Under the pieces are notes generated by a model. The model ran no database searches. It was not told the origin of the DNA and worked only from the letters and a program-made list of their open reading frames with translations. Source: Octopus vulgaris (taxonomy: Eukaryota). From it: 64,000 bases of DNA. Position numbers and translations under genes: made by a program. Shown piece by piece: positions 25,058 through 38,123 of the stretch (position 1 is its first letter; each line of letters begins with the position of its first letter). The stretch spans positions 88,412,001-88,476,000 of the forward strand of contig OX597817.1 of the NCBI GenBank assembly GCA_951406725.2. Reading direction: 5' to 3'.

Positions 25058-25625
25058 CATTCACTGTGTTTACTATAGAGAAAATTTATTGCTGTCGATA
25101 ATGGTATAAATACACCTAAATCAGTTCACAGCACTCCCTTTCCAGACTGTGAGATGTAGCATTTCGGAGTAGCTATCTCCTCTTCAGTGACAGACACTGG
25201 GCAGAGGGCACCATGAACTGATGAAAGAGAGTGGTTGTCTTATGCTATTTCAGTCATCATACAATGGCTGAGAATACTACGCAGTTGCTCACCATAAGTA
25301 AATTATGAAGTTAGGGCCCTAAGCAGTGATAGGTATAAATGCAATGTTATTATCAGTTCAAATATGCCTGTGGCACGTTTGGACTAATAATCATGCCATT
25401 CACTGCGTTTTGTCATGAACAAAATTTATCACTGTTGACAATGGTGTAAATACACCTAGATCAGTTTGCAGTGACCCCTTTCCAAACTGTGAGATACTGC
25501 ATTTTAAAGTAATTATTTCCTCTTTGGTCACAGACAGGTGTATTTACACCATTGTCAAAAGTGATAAATTTTCTCTGTGACAAAACACAGTAAATGACTT
25601 GTTTATCAGTCCAAATGTGCCATAT
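25058..25625. repeat. Compound direct plus inverted repeat
   Basis: A unit of about 135 bp at 25058 and 25397; acaggtgtatttacaccattgtcaa at 25534 is an inverted partial copy. Confidence 0.6.
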
Positions 25626-26189
25626 TCGAAATGGTAATAACATTGCCTTGCTGGTAAGAGTTCCTAGATATGTATTGTCATTCACATAGTCTGATGCAGT
25701 GGTCCCAAAACTGTGTCACACCAAGAGTGAGAATATATTTTTTAAAATGTAGAGAATCCATTTCAAGTGTGCTCATAGTACGTACTTACTGCTCCAATGC
25801 ATCTGTCACATATGAAACTTACTTTCTCTGTTAGTCAGCCTGTAGTTCATCTTCACCTCTTGTTACAAAGGAGATGACAAAGGGACAAACAAGAAAAAGA
25901 AACACATACACACACACATGTACACGATGGACACAAGCATGGTCAAATCTTCATAAATTTTCGACCAGATATTATCATGATTTCAACACACTTTGACAAT
26001 ATAGTTCGATTTGGCTGTTAGCAACACAGGTTGCTGGCTTATAAATAAGTAAACATAATGGGTGAACATGAACAGAAAAAAATGAGACAAATACAATAAT
26101 ATGTAAATGTAAATATATATATGGCTTGGCTTTGTGAATGAAGATCAGGAAGGCTGTCCACGTCGCGTGCATGCACGCTCATGACTGAC

Positions 26190-26375
26190 CAGTCCAATAT
26201 GGTAAAGGCAGGTCCGTGAGTAGTGTCCACAGAAGAAGGTAACATCTGGTGTGGTGTCAGGGATACAGGCATCCAGCAACAGGACCTCCGTAATGCCATA
26301 ATGGACCGTGAAGTCTGGCGTAGCATGGTAAATTCCATTGTCTCGACCACGGTCGAACAATGATGTTGATGATGT
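26190..26375 (+). mobile_element. RTE LINE 3' terminal fragment
   Basis: QQDLRNAIMDREVWRSMVNSIV followed by a (TGA)n tail; related to 19230-19350. Confidence 0.6.
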
Positions 26376-26497
26376 GGTGTCAGAGGCGGCTCACGCCTTC
26401 CTCCTGCATCTCTTGTCTTTAAGTGTGTCTCTTCTTTGTTCCTCCAACTTACTGACTGCGTTGAAGATCCTGTGGCACCAGACATCACGGTCTGCAG

Positions 26498-26530
<33 letters not shown>

Positions 26531-26536
<6 letters not shown>

Positions 26537-27573
26537 CAGGGCAAGACTGCTAGGTAGTCGGACGTATGCTAGAAATAGATCATCACCAATCAAACAACAA
26601 AGAAAGTTCTCTAGAGGAAAAATTCAGCGAATGCCAGAACCAAATTTGGCGGGCAGGACAGATGAAAATTTATATAAAAAACAGAATTAATTGCATACCT
26701 CGGTTTTGGCCTTTAACAAAAGAATTACTTACATAATTCAAATGTCCGTGGCCTCATCAGTACAATCGTTCAGTGTAAATGCAATCTAAAAAACTAACCC
26801 CAGCTTTCTGTGCCAAAACAGACACGTGTTTAGTTTTACCGATTACATTAGGGATAAAATTTCCAATGTCTTAGTTCCGGCGCGCTAAAAAATTCCTGAA
26901 GCGAAGAACTGTAGTAAATAATACACATATATTAGAATTTTCTCTGATTTCTCAGATTTTTTGTATGCTAGACTACTGGATTTAAATTGATATTGAAATT
27001 AATATTAATTTATCTCCCTCATTATTTAAATATTGAAATAAATACGTTCTCTAGTAGCAAGCGCTAACTGCAGTGAATTATTTACTGCAGTTCTTTGCTT
27101 CAGGAATTTTTTAGCACGCCAGAACTAAGACATTTGAAATTTTATCCCTAATGTAATCGGTAAAACTAAACACGTGTCTGTTTTGGCACAGAAAGCTGGG
27201 GTTAGTTTTTTAGATTGCATTTACACTGAACGATTGTACTGATGAGGCCACAGACATTTGAATTATGTAAGTAATTCTTTTGTTAAAGGCCGAAACCGAG
27301 GTATGCAATTAATTCTGTTTTTTATATAAATTTTCATCTGTCCTGCCCGCCAAATTTGGTTCTGGTGTTAACTGAATTTTTCCTCTAGAGAACTTTCTTT
27401 GTAGATTGATCGTTGATGATCTATTTCTAGCATATGGCCGACTACCTAGCAGCCTTGCCCTGCCAATATACACATATATTAGAATTTTCTCTGATTTCTC
27501 AGATTTTTTGTATGCTAGACTACTGGATTTAAATTGATATTGAAATTAATATTAATTCATCTCCCTCATTATT

Positions 27574-27580
<7 letters not shown>
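26531..27580. mobile_element. Penelope-type long inverted repeat, arms about 390 bp (26531-26920 and 27078-27470)
   Basis: Arms are near reverse complements; part of the spacer (26919-27032) is directly duplicated at 27468-27580; each arm holds a hammerhead motif. Confidence 0.75.
27233..27309 (+). ncRNA. Type I hammerhead ribozyme with intact core and long loop II
   Basis: attgta-CTGATGA-GGCC-(38 nt)-GGCC-GAAA-C-cgag-G-TA-tgcaat; predicted cleavage after A27303. Confidence 0.72.
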
Positions 27581-27608
<28 letters not shown>

Positions 27609-30600
27609 CAGTGGCGTGCGGTGACTTCCGGCGTTGGGCATGCAATTAATTTCATTGCCCCCCCCCCCCCCCGGCAATTTTTCAGTAAAACATTTTCGTA
27701 TTCCTACGATTTACATATAAGAGATTCTGAATATGCAGAATAAACAGGGAATAAAAAATGGCTGTGCAGAGATGATCCTGAAATAAGTGTATTGTTTGTA
27801 TTATTCTTTGCTCTTCGAAACGTCAGTACTTTCCCATCCTCATTCTCCCTTAGAAAAGTCTAAAAATCATAAGTGAAATGTAATAAAGATGAAATTGGAT
27901 TCTGTCAATATTTTTGCATATTCAGAATCTCTGTTAAAGGTAGGAATCCGAAAAAAAATTTTCACATAAATTCGTTTTTCAAAGGGGTGCGATTCTGCAT
28001 TAGCCCCTATACCTATCGGTTGAGCTGAATGAAATGATTTAATTAAAAGAACACATTTAGTTACATTATATGGCCATGGTTTTAGATCGTTACGCTCTCG
28101 AAGACAAGTCAGGTTCTTTATCATGCTACTTGTCAATTCCGGGAAAATTATTGACTGTTCTGAGACTTACTGAACTCCGTACATTAAAGGACTACGTCTC
28201 ACGCACAAACATTGAAAATACACGCATATACATGAATACGCACACAATGAAAGACAGCGAAAATTCAACATTGTAAAAAGCCTCCCAAAACTGTTGTGGC
28301 AGAAGTCAACATCTCTGAGATTGAAACAAGACACTTATTGAAAGTGAAACAAAACACTTATTTACGGCCGTAAATAGACTACACCCAGCAGCACAGAAAG
28401 GGAAATCTATGTAGGTTAGGTTTCACGAAGAAATCAAAATATTTCTCCTGCGAAACAATACTGATGTAAGAAGGTCGAACCTTACGTTATAACAAACACT
28501 TAGCAAAACCTGTAATATATGCTCTTTAATATATATTTTTTTAATGTTTTAAAATGTTACTTAGCTCATTTATAAATTAATTCAATTCTTCGATCTTTCT
28601 GGGCAAATATATCTATCACATTTTCATAGAAATCTTCTCTTTTCATCAATTCTTGTAATAAATCTTTTTCAATTGACATTAGTGCTAACCCAGACAGTCT
28701 TCTTTCTCCTGTCGCATTTCTTTGGTATGTTTTAATTCTACTTAATGCAGAAAAGTATCGCTCTACAGAAGCAGTGGTAGACGGAATTGTCAAAATCAAC
28801 TTGCACAGATTGAAGAGTTCTGGCATAGCTTCCACAAGATCAGTGCTGTTAATGTAACTCATTAAATGACTTACACTTGGTTTTTTAAAATTTTTCATTG
28901 AATACATCACATTGAGCTCACTTTGTAATCGTATTACATCAAAAAATCTGCCATAAGTTGTTCTTAAAGAATCTAAAGAGTCCACAGGAAATTGTTTGCA
29001 ATACTCATCAACTTTGTTGAAATTCAAAAGTTCCATGAATTTAAACTCTTCTAAGGATGAATATCGTGCTTTTATTTGGTCAACTATTGTACTTATAATT
29101 TTGTTATAAAGCGTTCTATAATGTCGTTGGGGATCAATAGATATATTCTTGGATCTCTGAATTCCGATTCCTGCATCGACTCCATATTTTTCCCCTAACC
29201 TATCATAAAAGACTGAAAAATTATCAAGTTTGTTTTCGAGTACAGTTCTAGTTTTATCTATTTGCTGTTTACAATACACTATGTCATGACTTTTACTCTG
29301 GAGTATGTTAAATAAGACGTCAGTAAAAGAAAAAATGTCACTGAATACCTCTAACAAAAATACGAAAACAGGAGCTTTTAAAGTGTGTAAGAATCCAATT
29401 GCTGAATTTATGGTGATATCATCCCATGCTTCAGGATTTTCAATGATGTGTTCAAAAAGGCTGATTATGAAATTATAATTTTCCTTTGTGGTAATAATAA
29501 GACGTGAGGAGTAATTCCATCTAGTTGCTGTTGCTTTCGGAAATCTTTTTTTAACAATATTATCTAATGCATTAGTCCTTTTCGGTGATTTCGTAAAAAA
29601 TGTACCGAGTCCGTTTATTGTAGAAAAAAATATCTTGCATTCTTTCATAGCAGAGCATGATTGTGAAAGAACTAAATTTAGGATATGGGCACAACAATGA
29701 ATAAAGATCGCACATTCATATTTCTTTCTTACTTTTACCTGTAACCCATTTAGTTGTCCTGCCATTGTAGCGGCACCATCATATATCTGCGCAATCAATT
29801 TGTTTCCACATTCCCACGTCTCAATGCATTTAAAAACATGTTCAGATAAAGCATTTGCAGATCGATCTGCACTAACATCACTAAAACCAATAAATCGTTC
29901 TTTCGTCACACAGTCTTCTGTAACATAACGTAAAACTGTTGACAGTTGTGAAGATGCTGAGACATCAGATGTCTCATCAACAAGAATAGAAACAAACTTA
30001 GCTTGGTCAATTTCCTTCTGCATCTCATTCAACATAACTTTATGAATTGCTTCGATCAAGTCATTTTGAATTCTGTTCGACAGACCAGTGAAGATAGAAG
30101 CTGTATCTAAATGCCTTTCCATTTGTTTGTCATACTTACTGATCAAATAAACGAGTTCTTTATAATTTCCCCGATTATTAGAGCCTTCAGATTCAAAATG
30201 ACCCCGAAACGATAATTCCTGGAGGCCTAAAAAAATAACAACATCGATCAATCGTTGCAGAATGGATCTGTTTCGTCGAACTTTCTCATTATGCTGTTGT
30301 ATGCTTTGATTTTTACGTGCATCTAATTGTAAGTCTATGCGAACATTCCCGAATATTTTAAGGTCTATCAAACATTTTATATGCCTTTGAGAACGCTCGT
30401 GCTTTAGCATAGCCATATGTAAATTATTTATATCATCATAGCCTTTATCATTCCAAACATTTTTTTCTAAGCCAAAAAGTAAACACGGCCAACAGAATAA
30501 TTTATTAAGAGCAACACTTCCAGTTAACCATTTCTTCTTTTCATACGAATTAACCTGAAATTGTCTCGTGAATTTCTAGTTGTAGCTTCGCAAATTAGGT

Positions 30601-31407
30601 AAATTCGGTGTTGGTCTCCCGCGATTTATAATTAATTTTTTCCCATCGAAGTCCCTTTTAGAAAAACTAGTTCTCAAAATATCATTTATAGCACACATTT
30701 CACTCATTTTGAAAAAGGCTGCTCTTATTTAAGGACCCACGTGGAAGCGCCGGCGTAAATTTTAAGTCAATTTCAACAAAACGGAAAAATACCCTTTGTT
30801 AAATTAATTTAAGATTAATTAGCTATTTCTGAAATAAGAAATATAATGTAGATATTTTTGCTTTCAAAACTTTTTAAAAATATGATAGTGCAAACGGATG
30901 TTTTGGATAAAAAATTTCAAACTTACATGCGAAGGCTATTCCAACATTTCAGCTGGCTAAAACAAGAATTATGGGATGGCTCTTGTTCCGGTCAAAATAG
31001 TCAGAGAGGCGTGAAATGCGATTTTAGCACAGCATGACACGCCAAACTGAATTTGTCGAATCGCTGAGAGAGAAGGGGGTGACCATTCCTTGTAGTATAT
31101 CTTTTAAACAAAGAAAGAGGAAGAAGGGACAAACTATCAAAGACAGAGAGAAGGGACTCATGCTGTCTTCCCAACGCATGACAAGCGATAAATTTATCGA
31201 GTCACTAAGATAGAGAGAGAGAGAGAGGAAGGAAGGACAAACTAATACAGACAGAGAGGGAGTGTGTATCATGCGATCTTCTAAAAGCATTTATCAAAGC
31301 AGATGTACGAAGTGGAGACAATATTTCTAAAACAACTGGACGTATTTTCTTTGAAACAAAGAAGGCATGCAGCGCATACCTTGCATTGCTGAGAGTGCAC
31401 GCCCCTG
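27609..31407 (-). mobile_element. Full-length hAT DNA transposon (3799 bp) in CFAP54 intron 1
   Basis: TIRs CAGTGGCGTGC / GCACGCCCCTG (1 mismatch in 11); exact 8-bp TSD ATATATAA at 27601-27608 and 31408-31415; internal transposase. Confidence 0.93.
28566..30707 (-). pseudogene. hAT transposase (ZMYM1/DUF4371-like), 713 codons with one in-frame TAG at 30576-30578; a 616-aa ORF downstream is still open
   Basis: Motifs LFCWPCLLF (TTF-type zinc finger), LSFRGH, VDETSD, YDGAATM, HCCAHILNL, TRW, SVERYFSAL and RLSGLALMSIE. The frame is continuous from ATG 30707 except for the single TAG. Confidence 0.9.
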
Positions 31408-31427
31408 ATATATAAGTATATATAAGT

Positions 31428-31668
31428 ATATCAAAATAAGCAACAAGGATATCCAGAGGTAATGTTGTACGATCGTTTCATGCGAATCCATTTAATTGAA
31501 CAATGCAAACATTACATCAATTTAAAATGTAGAGCAATCTTCTAGAGCAATCTAGAAGATTGCTCTACATTTTAAATTGATGTAATGTTTGCATTGTTCA
31601 ATTAAATGGATTCGCATGAAACAATCATACTGCATTACCTCTGTATATCCTTGTTGCTTATTTTGATT
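31428..31668. repeat. Near-perfect palindrome with arms of about 118 bp and a 4-nt loop
   Basis: atcaaaataagcaacaagg...tcttctaga-gcaa-tctagaaga...ccttgttgcttattttgat. Confidence 0.85.
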
Positions 31669-31800
31669 ATTATCACCCCATTTTGAATTATAAGGATAAT
31701 ACCATACTAAATTCTGGTGCCTTTAACTTAAGTACCATATTCATCTGAATCTAAATTTTACTGAACTTATCTACCATACCTGGTATATATATATATATAT

Positions 31801-31832
<32 letters not shown>

Positions 31833-32081
31833 CAGCCTCATCTGGCACCTGAGTCGGTGGCACATAAAAACACCATCCGAGCGTGGCCGTCTGCCAGCCT
31901 CGTCTGGCACCTGTGTCGGTGGCACATAAAATCACCCACTACACTCTTGGAGTGGTTGGCGTTAGGAAGGGCATCCAGCTGTAGAAACACTGCCAGATCT
32001 GACTGGACTGGTGCAGCTTTCGGGCTTCCCAGACCCCAGTTGAACCGTCCAACCCATGCTAGCATGGAAAGCGGATGTTAA

Positions 32082-32151
<70 letters not shown>

Positions 32152-32489
32152 GAATTGGTTCAGAAAGATGAAATCCAGTCTGGAAAGGATGGCTGGATTG
32201 TAAAAATTTTTACAATATCAGAAAAAAATATATATGTCAAAACAATTTGTTGGACTTTTACGTTTTTTATAATTATTTATATAATATTATGTTATGATAT
32301 ATATTATATTCATAGTATTTAATGTAATATTGTAATATAAATAAATTATTGAATATCAATAGAATATCTCTATATTTAATTTATCTTTATTATTGCATTA
32401 TACTGATATTTTTATGTTATTCAACTGACATACCAGTGAATTGGATGTTTAACACACCCCTTTGAAGGATTTCTTTTCCTCAGTTTGTA

Positions 32490-32549
<60 letters not shown>

Positions 32550-32906
32550 ATCAATTTAGGGTAGCAAAAAATTCAATAGAAATTATTTTGCCACCAGCGG
32601 TCTAGTGAGAAAGAGGAAATAGTCAGAGACTATGAATAAATTCAACAACAATTGAGGAATGGCTACAATAGGCCGTTCGACCCACTAGAAATAGCAGCCA
32701 GGGCTCCAACCGCAAATAGTAGTTCCTCCTGATGATGTCTTGAGCTAACTGGATTCTATAAAGGAGCTGTTGTGGTAGCAGACCACGAAACATGGTTGAA
32801 ATTCCTTAATTTTAAATTCAAATTTTTAATCCCACTTCGTATTATGAAAAAATGATTATCACCCTTGCAATAATTGACCACTAGGAAAACCACCTGCATA
32901 TGTAAG

Positions 32907-32938
<32 letters not shown>

Positions 32939-33158
32939 TGTATGTATGTATGTATGTATGTATGTATGTATGTTTGTTTGTTTGTATGTATGTATATATG
33001 TATGTATGTTTGTTTGTTTGTATGTATGTATGTATGTATATATGTATGTATGCATGCATGTATGTATATGTATATATATATATATATATATCATTCCATC
33101 CATATTTTCTATTGCCAACTTTCTTCATATAATATAATGATAAAAATTTCTTTCATAG

Positions 33159-33264
33159 GTCAATAACATTATTTGAAATGTTAAAAAAGTACCAACCATT
33201 ACTTCCACAAGTGTACTTTTTAAAGCAGTTATTGAAAATTGGAAATTTCCTCAGAGATGAAGAA
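33159..33264 (+). CDS. CFAP54: CFAP54 coding exon 2
   Basis: tttcatag / gtaagt, 106 nt. SITLFEMLKKYQPLLPQVYFLKQLLKIGNFLRDEE resembles recalled TSLFNIWTKYAPRLPADYYNEKLLKVGDSL. Confidence 0.88.
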
Positions 33265-34489
33265 GTAAGTTAATTTTGAAGAAAATATTCTCAAGCATTT
33301 TAGTTTTTACTTTTGTTAGTTTTTGATTTTATTACTATTTCTTAATGTTTGCTCAAGGTGAATTCTAATTTTTACAAAAGAAATTAGGATGCAGTATCAT
33401 CATCATCATCTTTTAATGTCCATTTTCCATGACATACGTTGACAAGATCCAACAAGTCCAAGGACTGCATCATGCACAAATATCTACTTTTGCATGTTTT
33501 CTACAGCTGGATGCTCTTCCAGATGCCAACCACATTACCAAGTGTATTGAGTATTTTTTGTTTATGTAGCATCAGTGCTTGTGAGATTGCCATGAAACTT
33601 GCATTATTAAGTTTCCCTTCAATAAATTTGTTCCTCGTCTTCCTAGGTATTCCTCTTCTACAGGCACTGTCTACTTTGAGTGCTCAGCACCTTTTAATAC
33701 AGCTGTTTTCATTTGTATGCATTACATGACTGTACCAGCATTTGATTCCTCTTATGCACAGTTTTTTCTTCCCAAAGTTATGTGTATTCTGCTGTTCATA
33801 AAAACTGTCATTACACATCCAACAAATTATATGTACTTCATTTCTTTCTGGTTTTCAAATGTCTTCTGTATTTAAAACCCATATCTCACTACCATGTTGC
33901 AATACACTTTGCACACAAGCATTATACAGTCTGTCTTTCACTCTGAAGGAGTGATATTTTCCTGCCAGTACAAATAATTGCCAATTGGTAACTTGTAATC
34001 AAAGATGCTATAGTTCATTACTTGTTGTATAAAGAAAAACCCCAATACTGATTGATGAAAGCAGGGTTTCAGAGCTGACTCTGAAAGACCTTTCAGTGTG
34101 ACACAAGACCATGCATTTTCATTAGAAGCTACCAAAACATAAAAATATATAGTAAAGCAGAATACACTAAGTAACTGTAGAATATATGAGGTTTTGATAA
34201 TGACACACCTGAGACTGCACCTATTTCTCTGATACAAATTTATTTAAAAGTGATCTAAATTATATCTACTCGATCCAAATTTAATGTTAATTTATAGTCC
34301 TAATACCAACTTAATAACAACCAGGCTTCATTATTTTTTAAATTACTGGAAACGAAGACAGTGCATTTCTATAGATATATGGTAACAAAAGAGTTGAAAG
34401 AAACTATTAATTATTTATATTGTTTTTGTCTGGCTTGTAAATGAGAATATACAAGCAGACAAATCAGAGAGGTGCTTCCATACACAGGA

Positions 34490-34900
34490 AACTGTGTTAA
34501 TAGTATGAAATATTGATTGAAACAAGATAGTATAAACATACACCAGAAAATGTTTCACTGAATGATAAGGCAACCATGCTCTTGAATATGTCAATCCACA
34601 CAGACAAGAAAATCAACATGGTACTGTTATCAAAGACTGGTCTTTGTACTTGTTCTAACAGATAATGATTCTTTAAAGAAGTATGGAAATTATTCAAATA
34701 TAAAGATCTGCAAACAGAGATAACCAAAATGAGGGAATTGTAAACAGAAGCCATCCTTATGATACTACTAGATTTCTTAGGAATGATTAAAAAGGGGGCA
34801 AATAAATACATAAACAAATCTCCCACACTTACATGTATAGACAACATACAACAAAAGGCAATACTGGGTATATCACATATTTGAAACATAGAGTACTTAT
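34490..34900 (+). mobile_element. Decayed 3' end of a LINE with restriction-like endonuclease (R4/NeSL-like)
   Basis: SIHTDKKIN...VLLSK and LFKYKDLQTEITKM...QQKAILGISHI motifs, with frameshifts. Confidence 0.5.
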
Positions 34901-35229
34901 TATACCATAGAAAATACAGAACCATAACAAAACTCTGTATGTCCTCACACTGACCTGCTATTGGTTGTGTAGTGAAAGCACATAGTTAAAAGAATAACAA
35001 TATTTCTCATATTGGCACAAGGCTAAACAATTCTTGGTGGAAAATATGGTTGGTGAACTGACTAATAGATTTTTATTGTCTCAGTGTTGAATGATGAAAG
35101 CTAAGTTGACACTACTGGGATTAAAGTTTAAATATGAGAGGATAGAGCTAAAATCTGTTTAAATTTTCTGCAGCTAGAACTGAATTTGTAGCTTGTCAAA
35201 GTTATTGAACATGGATGGTTAGGTTGGGG

Positions 35230-35640
35230 GAGGAGTGGCTGTGTGGTATGCAGCTTGCTTACCAAACACATGGTTCTGGGTTTAGTCCCATTGCGTGGCA
35301 CCTTGGGCAAGTATCTTCTACTATAGCCTCAGGCTGACCAAAGCCTTTTGAGTGGATTTGGTAGACAGAAACTGAAAGAAGCCCATCGTATATATGTATA
35401 TTTATATGTGTGTGTGTGTGTGTGTATTTGTGTGTCTGTGTTTGTCCCCCCAACATCGCTTGACAACCGATGCTGGTGTGTTTACGTCCCCGTAACTTAG
35501 CGGTTTGGCAAAAGGGTACGATAGAATAAGTACTAGGCTTACAAAGAATAAGTCCTGGGGTCGATTTGCTTGACTAAATGTGGTGCTCCAGCATGGCCAC
35601 AGTCAAATGACTGAAAGAAGTAAAAGAGTAAAAGAATAAA
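35230..35640 (+). mobile_element. SINE family B, full copy; others near 12660-12885, 53500-53800, 55140-55295, 59990-60130 and 60856-61230
   Basis: tRNA-like head gtggctgtgtggt...gggtttagtccc, body ggcaccttgggcaag, internal (TG)n and an AAAAG-type tail. Confidence 0.8.
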
Positions 35641-35745
35641 AAAGTAATTGAGTAATATAAGTAATTGTTTCATATAAGTAAAAGAAAACACAATTGTTAA
35701 AGATATAGCAAATCATCCTAAATTTTTCTTGTAATTTATTTTCAG

Positions 35746-35886
35746 GAATATTTACTTGCATTGTCTTGTTACAATTTTTATTTTCTGGAATCGGATATCA
35801 GTAAGTGCACTGCGCACTATGATTTAGAGAGCTATAAGAAATGCTTTTTTCCTGAAGGATTACAATCAAATACAGCAATTCTAACA
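35746..35886 (+). CDS. CFAP54: CFAP54 coding exon 3
   Basis: ttttcag / gtaagt, 141 nt. EYLLALSCYNFYFLESDISKCTAHYDLESYKKCFFPEGLQSNTAILT. Confidence 0.88.
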
Positions 35887-35935
35887 GTAAGTATTTGGCT
35901 GACAGCTTATTGAATAAATAAGAAATTTCTTTCAG

Positions 35936-36060
35936 CTTATAGTGAGATGTAACTACTATATTAACTTCTTATAGGGAGATGTAACTAGTATATTAACTGC
36001 TTATAGTGAGATGTAACTAGTATATTAACTGCTTATAGTGAGATGTAACTAGTATCTTAA
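35936..36060. repeat. 32-bp tandem repeat, about 4 copies
   Basis: cttatagtgagatgtaactagtatattaactg at 35936, 35968, 36000 and 36032. Confidence 0.9.
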
Positions 36061-36169
36061 TATGTATTTTAAAAATTGTTGAGTTTCTCCCCTCTCTGCA
36101 CACTAAAAAATCTTCATGCTTCATGTTCTTGCTTGATGGGCTGAGGATCATCCTAGATTAGTAGTTGCA

Positions 36170-36945
36170 GTGGTGTCATCATGTGTAGAGCCAACCAGGT
36201 CCACTAGCATACTTCCAATCATTGGCAGTCCCGTGCCAGCCTGTCTGCATCCTCCAAGGTGATGTCAAGCCTCTGGAGATTTTCCTTAATCCCATCCAAC
36301 CATCTGGTGTGGGGCCTGCCATAGGGTGTCTTCCAGCTCATAGCTGTGAGAGTGAGGCCCTTGTAGGATAATCTGGCTGGTGGGAGGACATGTCTGTACC
36401 AGTGCATGTGGTAGACAGCAATGAGGCAGGAGGCTGTGGGCTGATGTGTGAGTGCACACAATATTTTGTGGGAAATGTGATGGTAACATCTGATGTTCTT
36501 AATGGTTCTTAGGGCTCTGCTATTGAAACTATCAATCCTTTTTTTGCCAGGGTCTTCATGTGGGGCCATGTTTCTGTTCCATAGAGGAAAATGGAGAGGA
36601 CTGATGCATTGTAGAGGCAGAGCTTTATCTTCCAGGAGATAGAGCAGTGGTGCTAGAGGGGCTTCCATAGAGAGTACATGACCCTGGTGGCCAGGTCACA
36701 TCAGTGGTTGATCTCTGGGGTCAGGTCTCCATTCTTGGTAACTGTGGAGTCCAGATAGAGGAAGGAGTTAACAAACTCCATGACGTCAGGGCTAACATGG
36801 AGAGGCGGTAAGTCAAGGCCATTGCTGACATGCATCAGCTTGATCTTCATCTGACTTGCTTGAAAGTCAAGCTTTGCTGATTCCACTCGATATATGGTCA
36901 GTGCATCCCTGAGCTGGTCAGTTGAGTTGCTGAATAGAGTGCTTT
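36170..36945 (-). mobile_element. Decayed RTE LINE 3' part
   Basis: EFVNSFLYLDS, KRIDSFNSRALRTI, WYRHVL and GRPHTRWLDGIKENL motifs. Confidence 0.75.
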
Positions 36946-37957
36946 ATATCTACAAGTCCTTCTGACTGTTTCAATTAATTTTGAAATAAAGAATATACTA
37001 AAATAACATTACCATTTCTAAAGCTGAGGAAGCTTTAAAACAGACAGAACTATACATCAATAACTATAAGACTGAGTTTATGGTTTTCAGTCAACCAAAA
37101 GAACACATTATATTGTCAAAGGATGCAAATTCAAAATGTGTAAATGACTTTGAATAACTGAGATCATGGCTTGAAAGCTCAGAGAGATGATAAAGTAAGA
37201 ACTGAATCAAAATGGTCTGCAACAGACAAAATGCCATGCAATATGAGAGTCAAATCTATCTAATGACCTGAAAATATAGTTATTTAGAGTTGCTGTAGAA
37301 AGCAGCAGGGACAGGCTTGGAAAAAGTAGAACAAAAGACAGCAAAGAGTTATTCTAGGTATCTAGAAAGGAAACAAGGTAACAGATTGACTTAGGAAAAA
37401 CTAAGAAGTTAATATTAGTATACTAGAGAGAATCAATGTTGTTTGGCAGAAGTGTGTACAGATGCACAGTGATACATTTGCACCTGGTGATTCTGAAGTG
37501 AAAGGTTCCATGGAAATGCCTAATATGAAAGGTTATTGAATATGCAGAAAACATGAGAGGTTTTCCCAATGTGGACCCAAGATATTAATGATCTCGTTCT
37601 TAGAACTGGAATCTGTTGTAGGCCTAAAGGAGTTTCAGATAGTGAAGAAAAACTTGGAATCAAAAGATCTCAAAGTTAACTTAGCAAAGACTAAAGTATT
37701 GATAAGTAAAAAAAATAGATAGTATCCTTCTCCATCAGGGAATGAATTTGGTCAGTATGTTGAGAAGGAGTGTATCCAATTCAAACTATAGACAAATAAG
37801 GGGTGCAATTTATCGGTTGATCTTGTATATGGCAGATGCATTAGAGTAATACATTTCTGTGTGCAAGGAAATGCAAATTTATGACTATATTTGTGTATTG
37901 ATACCAATAAATATGTGTTTTAGGCTAATATTTTATTATTTTCAATTGACATTTTAG

Positions 37958-38123
37958 ATTCAGATTTTAATTGCAAATTATTTTTGCATGTACCAAATTG
38001 AAAAGATGCACACTCTACAGACTTGTCAGTCGGCTGATGAATGTGAAAAGATTTTATTATCCTACCAGATGTTGACGCAAGTTTTGTTACCTGAGAAATC
38101 ATATTGTTGGCTGCTTTACAACT
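37958..38123 (+). CDS. CFAP54: CFAP54 coding exon 4
   Basis: ttttag acceptor (alternative in-frame cag 6 nt downstream) and gtaagt donor. ...MLTQVLLPEKSYCWLLYN resembles recalled LIMQVALPQEHLCWIIFN. Confidence 0.9.

Noticed and set aside
32728-32770. CTGATGA motif (also near 25218 and 60481)
   Set aside because: No stem II followed by GAAA.
32756-33137. Overlapping ORFs rich in Y/I/H/T/V/C/M (also 13146-13514, 53724-54249, 54971-55196)
   Set aside because: Translations of (TATG)n, (TA)n and (CA)n microsatellites.
35230-35300. tRNA-like A/B box sequence
   Set aside because: Head of a multi-copy SINE; does not fold into a complete cloverleaf.
35936-36060. 32-bp repeats resembling a CRISPR array
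   Set aside because: Units are contiguous with no unique spacers, there are no cas genes, and the DNA is eukaryotic.
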